Part shown: in pieces, positions 7,422 through 15,994 of the stretch
How positions within the stretch are numbered: position 1 is the stretch's first letter
How the letters are laid out: each line of letters starts with the position of its first letter
Assembly: GCF_004365815.1 (NCBI RefSeq)
Contig: NZ_SODD01000003.1
Location: forward strand, 60,001 to 92,000
Length of the DNA stretch: 32,000 nt
Direction: 5' to 3'
DNA from: Breznakia blatticola
GTDB lineage: Bacteria > Bacillota_I > Bacilli_A > Erysipelotrichales > Erysipelotrichaceae
The notes under the pieces: model-generated
Seen by the model: the letters and a program-made list of their open reading frames with translations, nothing else
Told to the model about the DNA's origin: nothing
The model's database searches: none
Made by a program: the position numbers and the translations under genes

Positions 7422-9947
7422 ATGAAACAAAAAATCGATGTAACCGGAATGACATGTAGTGCTTGTGCTGCACATGTAGAAAAAGCAGTAAAGAAATTAC
7501 CAGGCACAAAAGAGGCTAATGTCAATTTAATGCAAAACAAATTACTCATTGATTACGATCCTAAAGTAACTAGTGAGCAAGATATCAGCAGTGCTATTGA
7601 AGCTGCAGGATATGGCGTAAAAAAAGAGGTGCAAACAGCCGATACAGAAAATCAATTTGCTAAACAAGCAAAACAGGAAAAGCGAAAACTTTGGATTTCT
7701 GTAATCTTATTGATCGTACTTATGTATATTTCTATGGGAAGTATGGTTGGCTTACCTTTACCATCCTTTTTAGATGGATTACATAATGCGATCACCTTTG
7801 CGATGGTTCAATCTCTTTTAACACTAGTTATCTTGAGTATGCATTTCCATTATTTTAAAAATGGCTTTAAGGCACTGATTCATCGTGCACCTACAATGGA
7901 TTCCTTAATTGCCTTAGGAAGTAGTGCTGCTTTACTTTATGGTATTTATGCAATTATCATGATGGGACAAGGTCTAGCAAATCAAGATATGCATATGGTT
8001 CACACATATCACATGGACTTATACTTTGAAAGTGCAGCAATGATTGTGACTTTAATTTCGGTAGGTAAATACTTAGAAACCCGTTCGAAAGGTAGAACCA
8101 ATGATGCCATTCAGAAATTAATGGATCTTACACCAAAAACCGCATTCGTTCAAAAAGGTGATCAAGTAATTGAAGTTTCCATTGAAGATGTGCAAAAAGA
8201 TGACATCTTAATTGTTAAGACTGGTGCAAGCATTCCTGTGGATGGAAAAATTATCGAGGGAAGTGGAACACTTGATGAAGCTTTAATTACTGGAGAAAGT
8301 ATTCCTGTTGAAAAACACGAAGCAGATAAAGTAATTGGTGGAACCATCCTTGTTTCTGGTTATATAAAAATGCAAGCACTTAGTGTTGGTGAAGATACAA
8401 CCATTGCTAAGATCATTCAACTTGTTGAAGATGCAAATGCCTCAAAGGCTCCAATTGCAAAACTTGCGGATAAAGTAAGTGCTGTATTCGTACCAATCGT
8501 TATTGTCATTGCAACTATTGCGACCATCACATGGTTAGCTCTAGGTTACGATCTTAGTTTCTCATTATCCATTGGTATTGCAGTTCTTATTATTAGTTGT
8601 CCTTGTGCACTTGGTTTAGCAACCCCAACAGCAATTATGGTTGCAACTGGAAAAGGTGCGCAATTAGGAATTCTATTCAAGAATGCCGAAAGCTTAGAAC
8701 AAGTTGGTAAAATGGATACTATCGTTTTAGATAAAACTGGTACCTTAACAAAAGGAAAACCGGAAGTTACTGATGTAGTAAGTGAAAATGAGATGCACTT
8801 ATATGCTGTTGCTTATGCACTTGAACATAGAAGTGAACATCCTCTAGCAAAAGCAATAATCAATTATACTAAAGATAAAGATATCGAAGCGATTCCTATT
8901 GAACAATTCGAACAAATCGCTGGACAAGGAATCAAAGCAAGTAGTGAGACAAACACCTATTTTGCTGGAAATGCAAAAATGATGGAAGTAAACCAAATAC
9001 AAATCGATGCTTATCAACAAGTTGCCTCGCAGTTTGCAAATGAAGGAAAAACTGTCTTGTACTTTGCTGAAAACAATCAAGTCATCGGACTGATTGCACT
9101 TGCAGATGTATTAAAAGATAGCAGTGTCGAAGCTATTGCAGCAATTAAGCAACTTGGTAAAGAAGTCGTGTTATTAACTGGTGATAACAAGCAAACTGCA
9201 GCCGCAATATCGAAAAAAGCAAATATCGATACCGTCATTGCTGAAGTATTACCACAAGATAAAGAAGAATATGTTCGTAAATTACAAGCGCAAGGAAAAC
9301 AAGTTGCCATGGTTGGTGATGGAATCAATGATGCACCTGCACTTGCCAGAGCAGATGTTGGAATTGCAATTGGTGCAGGAACCGAGATTGCCATGGAAAG
9401 TGCTGATGTTGTTTTAATGCACAGCGACTTAATGGATGTAGCAACAAGTATTCAATTAAGTAAAGCAACCATTCGCAATATCAAACAAAACTTATTTTGG
9501 GCATTCTTCTATAATGCCATCGGAATTCCATTAGCTGCAGGACTGTTCTATCCAACTTTCCAATTGAAACTAAACCCAATGTTTGGTTCAGCAGCAATGA
9601 GTTTATCCAGTTTATTTGTTGTAAGTAATGCATTGCGCTTACGTTTCTTTAAACCAACGTATACTAGCACAAGCTCACAACAACATGAAGTACATACAGA
9701 AACAATCGAAATAGACAAAAAGAAAGGAGGATTACCTATGAACAAAGTAATCCATATTAATGGCATGATGTGTGCCAACTGTGAACGTCACGTAAATAAC
9801 GCATTAAATGCACTAGATGGAGTTGAAGCAAAAGTGGATCTAGCAAATAATCTAGCAAATGTTACACTTTCAAAAGATGTTGATGATGCAACACTTACCA
9901 AAGCTGTTACTGATGCAGGATATGAAGTTACTTCCATTGAAGGTTAG
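7422..9947 (+). CDS. copA: copper-translocating P1B-type ATPase CopA with an N-terminal HMA domain and an unusual in-frame C-terminal CopZ-like HMA domain
   Basis: 841 aa. Motifs GMTCSACAAHVE, CPC (SCPCALGLATP), DKTGTLT, GDGINDAP. The C-terminal 69 aa are MNKVIHINGMMCANCERHV... The internal ATG 9738 is preceded by AAAGGAGG (9723..9730) with a 7-nt spacer. Confidence 0.95.
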   Translation: MKQKIDVTGMTCSACAAHVEKAVKKLPGTKEANVNLMQNKLLIDYDPKVTSEQDISSAIEAAGYGVKKEVQTADTENQFAKQAKQEKRKLWISVILLIVLMYISMGSMVGLPLPSFLDGLHNAITFAMVQSLLTLVILSMHFHYFKNGFKALIHRAPTMDSLIALGSSAALLYGIYAIIMMGQGLANQDMHMVHTYHMDLYFESAAMIVTLISVGKYLETRSKGRTNDAIQKLMDLTPKTAFVQKGDQVIEVSIEDVQKDDILIVKTGASIPVDGKIIEGSGTLDEALITGESIPVEKHEADKVIGGTILVSGYIKMQALSVGEDTTIAKIIQLVEDANASKAPIAKLADKVSAVFVPIVIVIATIATITWLALGYDLSFSLSIGIAVLIISCPCALGLATPTAIMVATGKGAQLGILFKNAESLEQVGKMDTIVLDKTGTLTKGKPEVTDVVSENEMHLYAVAYALEHRSEHPLAKAIINYTKDKDIEAIPIEQFEQIAGQGIKASSETNTYFAGNAKMMEVNQIQIDAYQQVASQFANEGKTVLYFAENNQVIGLIALADVLKDSSVEAIAAIKQLGKEVVLLTGDNKQTAAAISKKANIDTVIAEVLPQDKEEYVRKLQAQGKQVAMVGDGINDAPALARADVGIAIGAGTEIAMESADVVLMHSDLMDVATSIQLSKATIRNIKQNLFWAFFYNAIGIPLAAGLFYPTFQLKLNPMFGSAAMSLSSLFVVSNALRLRFFKPTYTSTSSQQHEVHTETIEIDKKKGGLPMNKVIHINGMMCANCERHVNNALNALDGVEAKVDLANNLANVTLSKDVDDATLTKAVTDAGYEVTSIEG

Positions 9948-9949
9948 TC

Positions 9950-10222
9950 ATGCAAGCAGATCATAAAAAAATAGAGCGCTATTTGAAAACTGCTCGTGGC
10001 CAAATTGATGGCATTTTAAAAATGATTGAGGAAGACAAGTACTGTATCGACATCGTCAATCAAGTATTGGCTAGTGAAGCATTATTATCAAAAGCAGCTA
10101 AACAAATATTACTTGGACATATCCAAGGCTGTATCGTTGAAAGCTTTGAATCCGATGATAAAGAATATCAAGCCGAAAAAATGGCTGAACTTTCAAAAGT
10201 ATTAGACCGAATCGCAAAATAA
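9950..10222 (+). CDS. csoR: CsoR-family copper-sensing transcriptional repressor
   Basis: 90 aa. The DUF156/CsoR pattern has ligand residues in ..KYCIDIVNQV.. and ..HIQGC.. (Cys-His-Cys set). The ATG lies 2 nt after the copA stop. Confidence 0.85.
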   Translation: MQADHKKIERYLKTARGQIDGILKMIEEDKYCIDIVNQVLASEALLSKAAKQILLGHIQGCIVESFESDDKEYQAEKMAELSKVLDRIAK

Positions 10223-10253
10223 GAGGTAAATCCGCAAAGATTGCCTCTTTTTT
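10222..10253 (+). terminator. intrinsic terminator of copA-csoR
   Basis: AGAGGTAAATC / GATTGCCTCT stem (one bulge, one G-U) with loop cgcaaa, followed by TTTTTT (10248..10253). Confidence 0.7.
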
Positions 10254-10316
10254 ATTTGAAATCACTAGCTTATATTATACATAAAGATGGGTAATTTTAT
10301 AAAACTGAGTTTGCAC

Positions 10317-10352
10317 AAAAAAAACAGAATTAACATTTCTGCTAACTCTGTT
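10317..10352 (-). terminator. intrinsic terminator of the perR-like/rubrerythrin operon
   Basis: Minus-strand RNA ACAGAGTTA-gcagaaatg-TTAATTCTGT followed by T8 (plus-strand A-run 10317..10324). Confidence 0.7.
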
Positions 10353-10363
10353 ATTTACACGAT

Positions 10364-10930
10364 TTATTTGTGGTTTGAAAATCTTGTATTTGTGAATTTC
10401 TTTTCTTCCACTGCGAATTCAGCTTGACCAAATCCACATACTGGACAAATTTTTGGTGCTTCTACACCTTCTGCATGATATCCACAGATTCCACATACCC
10501 AAGTAGTTGCTTCATCTTTTTTGAATACTTTACCTTCTTCTACATTTTTAAGAAGATCTAAGTAACGTTCTTCGTGACCTTTTTCGATTTTCGCAACTTG
10601 TTCCATTTGGAATGCAATTTTTGTAAATCCTTCTTCGTGAGCTTCTTTTGCCATACGGTCATACATATCTGTCCACTCGTAGTTTTCACCTTCTGCAGCA
10701 GCTTTTAAGTTGTCAGCAGTTGTGTGAATTTCTCCACCTTGAAGTGCTTTGAACCATAATTTTGCGTGTTCTTGTTCGTTACGTGCTGTTTCTAAGAAAA
10801 TTTCAGCAATTTGTTCCATACCTTCTTCACTAGCTTTTTGTGCAAAGTATGTATACTTGTTTCTTGCCATTGATTCCCCAGCGAATGCATCTAATAAATT
10901 TTTCTCAGTTTTTGAACCTCTTAATTCCAT
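10364..10930 (-). CDS. rbr: rubrerythrin
   Basis: 188 aa. The N-terminal ferritin-like di-iron domain has EESMARNKY / [11 protein letters not shown] / AAEGENYEW / KGHEERY-type E..H motifs. The C-terminal rubredoxin-like part is CGICG...CPVCG. SD GGAGGT. Confidence 0.9.
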   Translation of the reverse strand: MELRGSKTEKNLLDAFAGESMARNKYTYFAQKASEEGMEQIAEIFLETARNEQEHAKLWFKALQGGEIHTTADNLKAAAEGENYEWTDMYDRMAKEAHEEGFTKIAFQMEQVAKIEKGHEERYLDLLKNVEEGKVFKKDEATTWVCGICGYHAEGVEAPKICPVCGFGQAEFAVEEKKFTNTRFSNHK

Positions 10931-10944
10931 GTCTGTCTAACCTC

Positions 10945-11331
10945 CTATTTTTCTAAACAATCCTTACAGACTCCTTTAACAACGACTTCATGTGAGTCGA
11001 TTTGACCAACCACATCGTCGTTTGTAAATTTGCTATGATATTCCGGGTCGAACGGTGCTTCTAAGTCGTATAATTTATGACACTTCTCACAAAAGAAATG
11101 ATAATGTGGATCACTTGTTTTATCGTAAACAAAGCGGTCTCCATCAATTGGAATTTTCTTTACTTGATGCATTTCACTAAGAATACCTAGGTTACGATAA
11201 ATCGTTGCTAGTGAAATCTTCAAGCCTTTTTGATTCATTCCTTCATAAATTTGTTCCGCACTGGCATGACCAATCATACCTTGCATATAATCTAAGATCA
11301 TATCCCTTTGTTTTGAGTGCTTATATGACAT
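10945..11331 (-). CDS. Fur-family metalloregulator, probable peroxide-stress repressor (PerR-like)
   Basis: 128 aa. Winged-helix N-terminus (..SLATIYRNLGIL..), HYHFFCEKC...CKDC structural Zn CxxC pairs. It lies 14 nt upstream of rubrerythrin in the same operon. The PerR assignment rests on context only. Confidence 0.7.
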   Translation of the reverse strand: MSYKHSKQRDMILDYMQGMIGHASAEQIYEGMNQKGLKISLATIYRNLGILSEMHQVKKIPIDGDRFVYDKTSDPHYHFFCEKCHKLYDLEAPFDPEYHSKFTNDDVVGQIDSHEVVVKGVCKDCLEK

Positions 11332-11359
11332 AAAGCTCCTCCTTCCTGAATATGAATGT

Positions 11360-11388
11360 ATTATATCACCTATTTTTCGATTTGTGAA
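11360..11388 (-). promoter_or_regulatory. promoter of the perR-like/rbr operon
   Basis: Minus strand TTCACA (11388..11383), 17 nt, TATAAT (11365..11360), about 28 nt upstream of the SD GGAAGGAGGAG. Confidence 0.6.
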
Positions 11389-11393
11389 TAACT

Positions 11394-11423
11394 TTAAGAA
11401 TAATTCTTAAAATAATTCTTAAA
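11394..11423. promoter_or_regulatory. Fur/PerR-box-like perfect palindrome plus a tandem half-repeat
   Basis: TTAAGAAT-A-ATTCTTAA (11394..11410) is a perfect 8-1-8 inverted repeat. AATAATTCTTAAA is directly repeated (11399..11411 and 11411..11423). It abuts the -35 box. A further TAGAAT-N7-ATTCTA repeat lies at 11453..11471. Confidence 0.6.
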
Positions 11424-11533
11424 TTATGCAAAGGTATATACTATATATCTATTAGAATCATACATATTCTACTTTTAGTTATCAAATGGTACACTCAGTT
11501 TTCTTGTAACTTCGTATATGTAGTTGAAGCAAT

Positions 11534-11567
11534 AAAAAAAGCTGATTACCCATATCACAAGTAATCA
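11534..11567 (-). terminator. intrinsic terminator after the grcA-like gene
   Basis: Minus-strand RNA TGATTAC-ttgtgatatgg-GTAATCA, then GC, then T7. Confidence 0.7.
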
Positions 11568-11577
11568 ACTCTTTGTC

Positions 11578-11814
11578 TTACATTCCTTCGTGCATTGTAC
11601 GATTGATAACGTCATCTTGTTGTTCTTTCGTTAACTTATTAAAGTTAACCGCATAACCAGATACGCGAATCGTAAGTTGTGGATAACGCTCCGGATGTTT
11701 TTGTGCATCAAGTAATGTCTCGCGTGTAAACACGTTTACATTTAAATGGTGCCCTCCGCTTTCGGCGTATCCATCAATCATCGTTACTAAATTATCAATA
11801 CGATCTTGTTTCAT
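11578..11814 (-). CDS. grcA: autonomous glycyl-radical cofactor, GrcA-like mini-protein (PFL C-terminal domain homolog)
   Basis: 78 aa. [54 protein letters not shown] aligns by eye with the PFL/GrcA radical domain (RVSGYAV). It has its own SD AAAGGAGG and its own terminator. Confidence 0.85.
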   Translation of the reverse strand: MKQDRIDNLVTMIDGYAESGGHHLNVNVFTRETLLDAQKHPERYPQLTIRVSGYAVNFNKLTKEQQDDVINRTMHEGM

Positions 11815-11846
11815 GATGTACCTCCTTTACTCTCACACAAATCATT

Positions 11847-12701
11847 CTATAATTCTTTAAAATATTGAATGGCTAATGAACCAATTCCCGTGTGTACTCC
11901 AACAACACTTACAAGTTTAATGAAATTGTAATGTGCATTTGGAAAATACTCTTTACACTGTTCCAAAAACTTTCTTCCTAATTCTTCAGCTTTTACATGC
12001 GTTACTGTAATACTATACTGTTCACCTAAAGCTGGAATTTCCTTTTTCATAATTTCTAGTGTTTCATCAAGTGCTTTACTCATTGTACGCACTTTATCTT
12101 TTACATCTACTTTTCCTTTAGTACTCTTGTTGATTTGTAAGATTGGTTTAATCTTTAGAAACCCACCAAGTGTTGCAGCTAGTGGTGTTAAACGTCCACC
12201 ACGACGCATATGTTGTAAATCATCAGGGATAATTAATGTATTTGTCGTATCACAAATCTCATTTAAGATATCCATAATTTCATCAATTGTTTTGCCTTGT
12301 TCGTATAGTTCTTTTGCACGAACAACCATATATCCTTCAACAACTGCAGTTACATGGTTATCAAATCCATAGAATATAAGCCCTACTTGTTTTGCGACCA
12401 TTTCCATGGCATCCATCGTTCCACTAAGTCCTTTACAAATCGGAACACAGAAAACGGCTTCATATCCATCATCTTTTAACTTAGTGAATAATTCTTCAAT
12501 TCTACCAAGTGGTGCTAGTGATGTTTTGATCACTTTCTTTTGTTCCATCAATTCGTTAACTTGGTCAACGTTAATGTCTTCATTTTCTAAATATGCGTGA
12601 TTTCCTTCAGAGATTTGCAAAGGCACACTGTACACGCCATGTGCAGCTGCTTCTTTTACACTCCATCCAGTTCCACTGTCAGTAACAAATGCTATTTTCA
12701 T
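11847..12701 (-). CDS. DegV-family fatty-acid-binding protein (FakB-like), paralog 3 of 3
   Basis: 284 aa. MKIAFVTDSGTG... start and the ..RRGGRLTPLAATLGGFLKIKPIL.. motif typical of DegV. Confidence 0.85.
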   Translation of the reverse strand: MKIAFVTDSGTGWSVKEAAAHGVYSVPLQISEGNHAYLENEDINVDQVNELMEQKKVIKTSLAPLGRIEELFTKLKDDGYEAVFCVPICKGLSGTMDAMEMVAKQVGLIFYGFDNHVTAVVEGYMVVRAKELYEQGKTIDEIMDILNEICDTTNTLIIPDDLQHMRRGGRLTPLAATLGGFLKIKPILQINKSTKGKVDVKDKVRTMSKALDETLEIMKKEIPALGEQYSITVTHVKAEELGRKFLEQCKEYFPNAHYNFIKLVSVVGVHTGIGSLAIQYFKEL

Positions 12702-12712
12702 ATGAATATCAC

Positions 12713-13561
12713 CTAAACTTTCTTAATATATTGCAATCCAATCGCTCCAGTTCCGGTATGCGCCGCAATAACTGGTGCAAGCAATCCAAATACTTTCATA
12801 TCTGTTTGTACTGTATCAAAGTATAATTCTTTCATCAGTACACCTGCTTCATCTGCATTTACATGTAAAATTGCAATCACATATGAATCATCAATTCCTC
12901 GTTCTAAAAATGTATCAACTGCTTGCTTAATCGCTTTTGACATCGTACGAACTTTTGCATGTTGATCCACTTTTCCACCACTTGATTCATTTAGTTTTAG
13001 GATTGGCTTAATTTTTAGCATTCCTCCTAATTTCGCCGCCATAGGTGTTAGTCTTCCTCCAGCTGCTAAATGATCAAGATTTTCTACAATTAAAAATGTA
13101 TTACTATCATCAATAGATGCTTGTATACGTGTTTTGATTTCTTCGATATCCAATCCTTCATCGACCAAACGTTTTGCACTTTCAGCAATATACATTTGAA
13201 TAAAAGCGGTTGTATAAATTTCGAAGCAAGTAATTGGTAATCCAACATTATCTGCTGCTAATTTTACTGCTTGCATCGTTCCTGAAATACCTGCACTCAA
13301 TGGTACAAAGATTAAATGTTCATATCCATCTTCTTTCATTTTCTCAAGCATTTCTTCAACCAATCCAATTGGTGGTAAACTTGTTTTCAACATCTTTCCA
13401 TCTTCTAACATTTGAAAGATTTGTTCAGTTGTTGTATCGACTCCATCTAAATATACGTTATCACCATCAATAATTTGTAATGGCAAAAAGTATAACCCTT
13501 TGGCTTCTACCTGCTCTTTGGTTAAACCGCACCCACTATCGGTTAATACTGCAATTTTCAT
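12713..13561 (-). CDS. DegV-family fatty-acid-binding protein (FakB-like), paralog 2 of 3
   Basis: 282 aa. MKIAVLTDSGCG... and ..AAGGRLTPMAAKLGGMLKIKPIL.. Confidence 0.85.
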   Translation of the reverse strand: MKIAVLTDSGCGLTKEQVEAKGLYFLPLQIIDGDNVYLDGVDTTTEQIFQMLEDGKMLKTSLPPIGLVEEMLEKMKEDGYEHLIFVPLSAGISGTMQAVKLAADNVGLPITCFEIYTTAFIQMYIAESAKRLVDEGLDIEEIKTRIQASIDDSNTFLIVENLDHLAAGGRLTPMAAKLGGMLKIKPILKLNESSGGKVDQHAKVRTMSKAIKQAVDTFLERGIDDSYVIAILHVNADEAGVLMKELYFDTVQTDMKVFGLLAPVIAAHTGTGAIGLQYIKKV

Positions 13562-13576
13562 GTTTTCTTTTCTCCT

Positions 13577-14434
13577 CTAATTTGTTTTCAAAGTTGTTTG
13601 TACTGCCACACAGCCAAGTCCCCCGTGACAAGTTAGGACTGTTGGTAGTTCAATGATTTCACACTCAATATCGTCAAAGTACGCTTTGGCAATTTTTTCA
13701 ACCTTTTGCGCTCCTTTTAAATTATTCGCATGCAAGATATAGGCTTTATGCGTTAGTGCTGTTACATTTAGTGAACGCAGTTTATCCACTGCTTCAGAAA
13801 CCAACTTTGTTTCCGTACGTGCTACTGCAAACTTATCAACAACACTTCCATCTTCTTTTAAATATAATAAGATTTTAATTCGCAACAAAGATGCGACATT
13901 TGCCGCAATTGGCGAAATACGTCCACCGCGTTTTAGTTGCGTTAAACTTTCTGGATATAAATACGAGAAACTGTTTTTACATTTTAAATCAATTACTTGT
14001 AAAATCTCATCTACGCTTTTATCTTCACTTGCCATTTGTTTCGCAGTGCGTACACAATCAAGAATCGGTGCAGCAACACTACGCGTATCAATAATGTATA
14101 CATTACTCATACCTAAATCTTCTTTTACCATGTGGTATGTGTGGTTTGCCCCACTTAAAGAAGATGAACATGTAAAGATTAGAATTGCTTCATAATCTTT
14201 TTGTTTCCACTCTTCCATACGTTGCGTAACATACCCAATACTTGGTTGTGATGTTGTTGGTACAACACCATTTTCTAATTCACGATAAAGCGTTTCTTTA
14301 TCTATATCTATAAGATCTTTAAATTCACGTTCATTTATAATGACGGAAAGCGGCAGCAATTCTACACCAAGTGCATCTGCCATTTCAAAATCCATTGCAC
14401 TTGTCGTATCACATACAATTAAATAGTTTTTCAT
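13577..14434 (-). CDS. DegV-family fatty-acid-binding protein (FakB-like), paralog 1 of 3 (most divergent)
   Basis: 285 aa. ..IVCDTTSAM.. and ..KRGGRISPIAANVASLLRIKILL..; SD GAGGT. Confidence 0.8.
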   Translation of the reverse strand: MKNYLIVCDTTSAMDFEMADALGVELLPLSVIINEREFKDLIDIDKETLYRELENGVVPTTSQPSIGYVTQRMEEWKQKDYEAILIFTCSSSLSGANHTYHMVKEDLGMSNVYIIDTRSVAAPILDCVRTAKQMASEDKSVDEILQVIDLKCKNSFSYLYPESLTQLKRGGRISPIAANVASLLRIKILLYLKEDGSVVDKFAVARTETKLVSEAVDKLRSLNVTALTHKAYILHANNLKGAQKVEKIAKAYFDDIECEIIELPTVLTCHGGLGCVAVQTTLKTN

Positions 14435-14535
14435 GTTTCTACCTCGTCTACGTTTATTTTACCACATTATACACCGCTTGATAGAAAAAACCCACTTGGT
14501 TGCTGTGGATAGTTAAATAATGATATGATACGTGT

Positions 14536-15156
14536 ATGTATAGAATAAAAGAAGCAACAAATCACGAGATTGTGATTGATAAAAGTCGATTCATTTGTTA
14601 CTTATTTCGCGTATTTAGCGAACAAGAAGCAAAAGATAGAATACTAGAAATCAAGAAATTACATCCAAATGCAACACACCACTGTTATGGCTTTATGATT
14701 GGAGCGCATAATGAAATCCAACGTAGCAACGATAATGGAGAACCTAGCGGAACTGCAGGTGCACCAATATTAGATAGTCTAACGAAAAATGAGATGAATG
14801 ATACACTTGCTATTGTAGTTCGCTATTTTGGTGGGATTAAATTAGGTGCTGGTGGTTTGATTCGTGCATACTCAAAAAGTACAAGTGAAGCAATTAAACA
14901 TGCAACTCGCACAAAGAAAATGGATACTATTGTTTCTATGATCACCTTTGATTATAGTTTCATTGGAATTCTTGATCATTATTTAAGCACCAACCAAATC
15001 ATCGTCTTAGACAAACAATACGAAGAACATGTAACATACACCTTACGTAGTACACACGATATTTCTAAAGATATCCAAGAACTAAGCAGTGGAAAGTTCT
15101 TACTTCAACATATTAAAAATGAAGAAGTGGAAATTGAGGTGCCTCATGAAGCATAA
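14536..15156 (+). CDS. YigZ/IMPACT-family protein (UPF0029)
   Basis: 206 aa. ..IDKSRFICYL..ATHHCYGFMIG..DNGEPSGTAGAPIL..VVRYFGGIKLGAGGLIRAY.. are the conserved YigZ motifs. No SD before the ATG. Confidence 0.85.
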   Translation: MYRIKEATNHEIVIDKSRFICYLFRVFSEQEAKDRILEIKKLHPNATHHCYGFMIGAHNEIQRSNDNGEPSGTAGAPILDSLTKNEMNDTLAIVVRYFGGIKLGAGGLIRAYSKSTSEAIKHATRTKKMDTIVSMITFDYSFIGILDHYLSTNQIIVLDKQYEEHVTYTLRSTHDISKDIQELSSGKFLLQHIKNEEVEIEVPHEA

Positions 15157-15199
15157 AAGACAGTTTACTCAATTATTTTTGAGTCAAACTGTCTTTTTT
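15157..15199. terminator. intrinsic terminator of yigZ, overlapping the 3' end of the convergent HAD gene
   Basis: AAGACAGTTTACTCA (15157..15171), loop, TGAGTCAAACTGTCTT (15180..15195), then TTTT. A 15-bp stem with one bulge. Confidence 0.75.
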
Positions 15200-15985
15200 A
15201 TGTGTATTAAGTAGTGTTTCAAGTGTTTGAATCACTGCTTCTTCATCATTTGTGCCAATAACATATTTTGCGACTTTTTTCACTTCGGGATGTGCATTTT
15301 CCATCGCATAGCTTTCTTTTGCTACTTTCAACATTTCATAATCATTTAAATAGTCACCAAATGCCATAACTTCTGATGTATCTAGATGTAAAAGTTCCGT
15401 AAGTTTTTTTACACCAAAACCTTTATTGATGCCATGATTACTAAAATCTGTCCACTCTACCGCTGATATTGTAATATCACAGTACTTTCGAAATGGTTCA
15501 AAGGTTTCTGTAAAATCCTTAGCATTGTAGTTTTCAAAGTACGTTGCCATCTTTACGATATCATCCTGGATATCTTCAAATGCATCTACCCATAACATGT
15601 TTGGGTAATACACATCAAAGATATGTCCAAGGTGCTTAAATTGATTCAATCCGTAAGTAACCATACCACATGCAAATAGTGGTACAACTCCTTCTAACTG
15701 TAAAATTTGTGCAACGATATCTTTTAAGATCGTTTTATCCATATTACTTGTATATAACATCTTGCCTTGATGGAACAATACACTTCCATTTTCCGCAATG
15801 ACAGTAAACCGATCTTTAAATTTTGGAAAATCCCGTTGTACACTTGCTAGAGATCGACCCGTCGCAATTCCAACGTAGTAACCACGATCCAACAACTGTT
15901 CAAATACTTCATTTGCTTTTTCAGGCAGACTTTTATCAGAACGTGCTAACGTTCCATCCATATCACTTAAAATTAACTTCACCAT
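15173..15985 (-). CDS. Cof-type HAD-IIB hydrolase (sugar-phosphate phosphatase-like), copy 2
   Basis: LILSDMDGTL (DxDGT), GIATGRS, and C-terminal AFGDYLNDYEML motifs. The start is set to ATG 15985 (SD AGGTG 6 nt upstream) rather than the GTG at 15994. Confidence 0.85.
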   Translation of the reverse strand: MVKLILSDMDGTLARSDKSLPEKANEVFEQLLDRGYYVGIATGRSLASVQRDFPKFKDRFTVIAENGSVLFHQGKMLYTSNMDKTILKDIVAQILQLEGVVPLFACGMVTYGLNQFKHLGHIFDVYYPNMLWVDAFEDIQDDIVKMATYFENYNAKDFTETFEPFRKYCDITISAVEWTDFSNHGINKGFGVKKLTELLHLDTSEVMAFGDYLNDYEMLKVAKESYAMENAHPEVKKVAKYVIGTNDEEAVIQTLETLLNTHKKDSLTQK

Positions 15986-15994
15986 TCTTGACAC

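Noticed and set aside
11578-11814. Possibility that the 78-aa GrcA-like ORF is a pseudogene fragment of a decayed pfl gene
   Set aside because: It has its own strong SD (AAAGGAGG), ATG and terminator. The radical motif RVSGYAV is intact. No pfl-like reading frame remnants precede it, because the upstream DNA is an intact degV gene.
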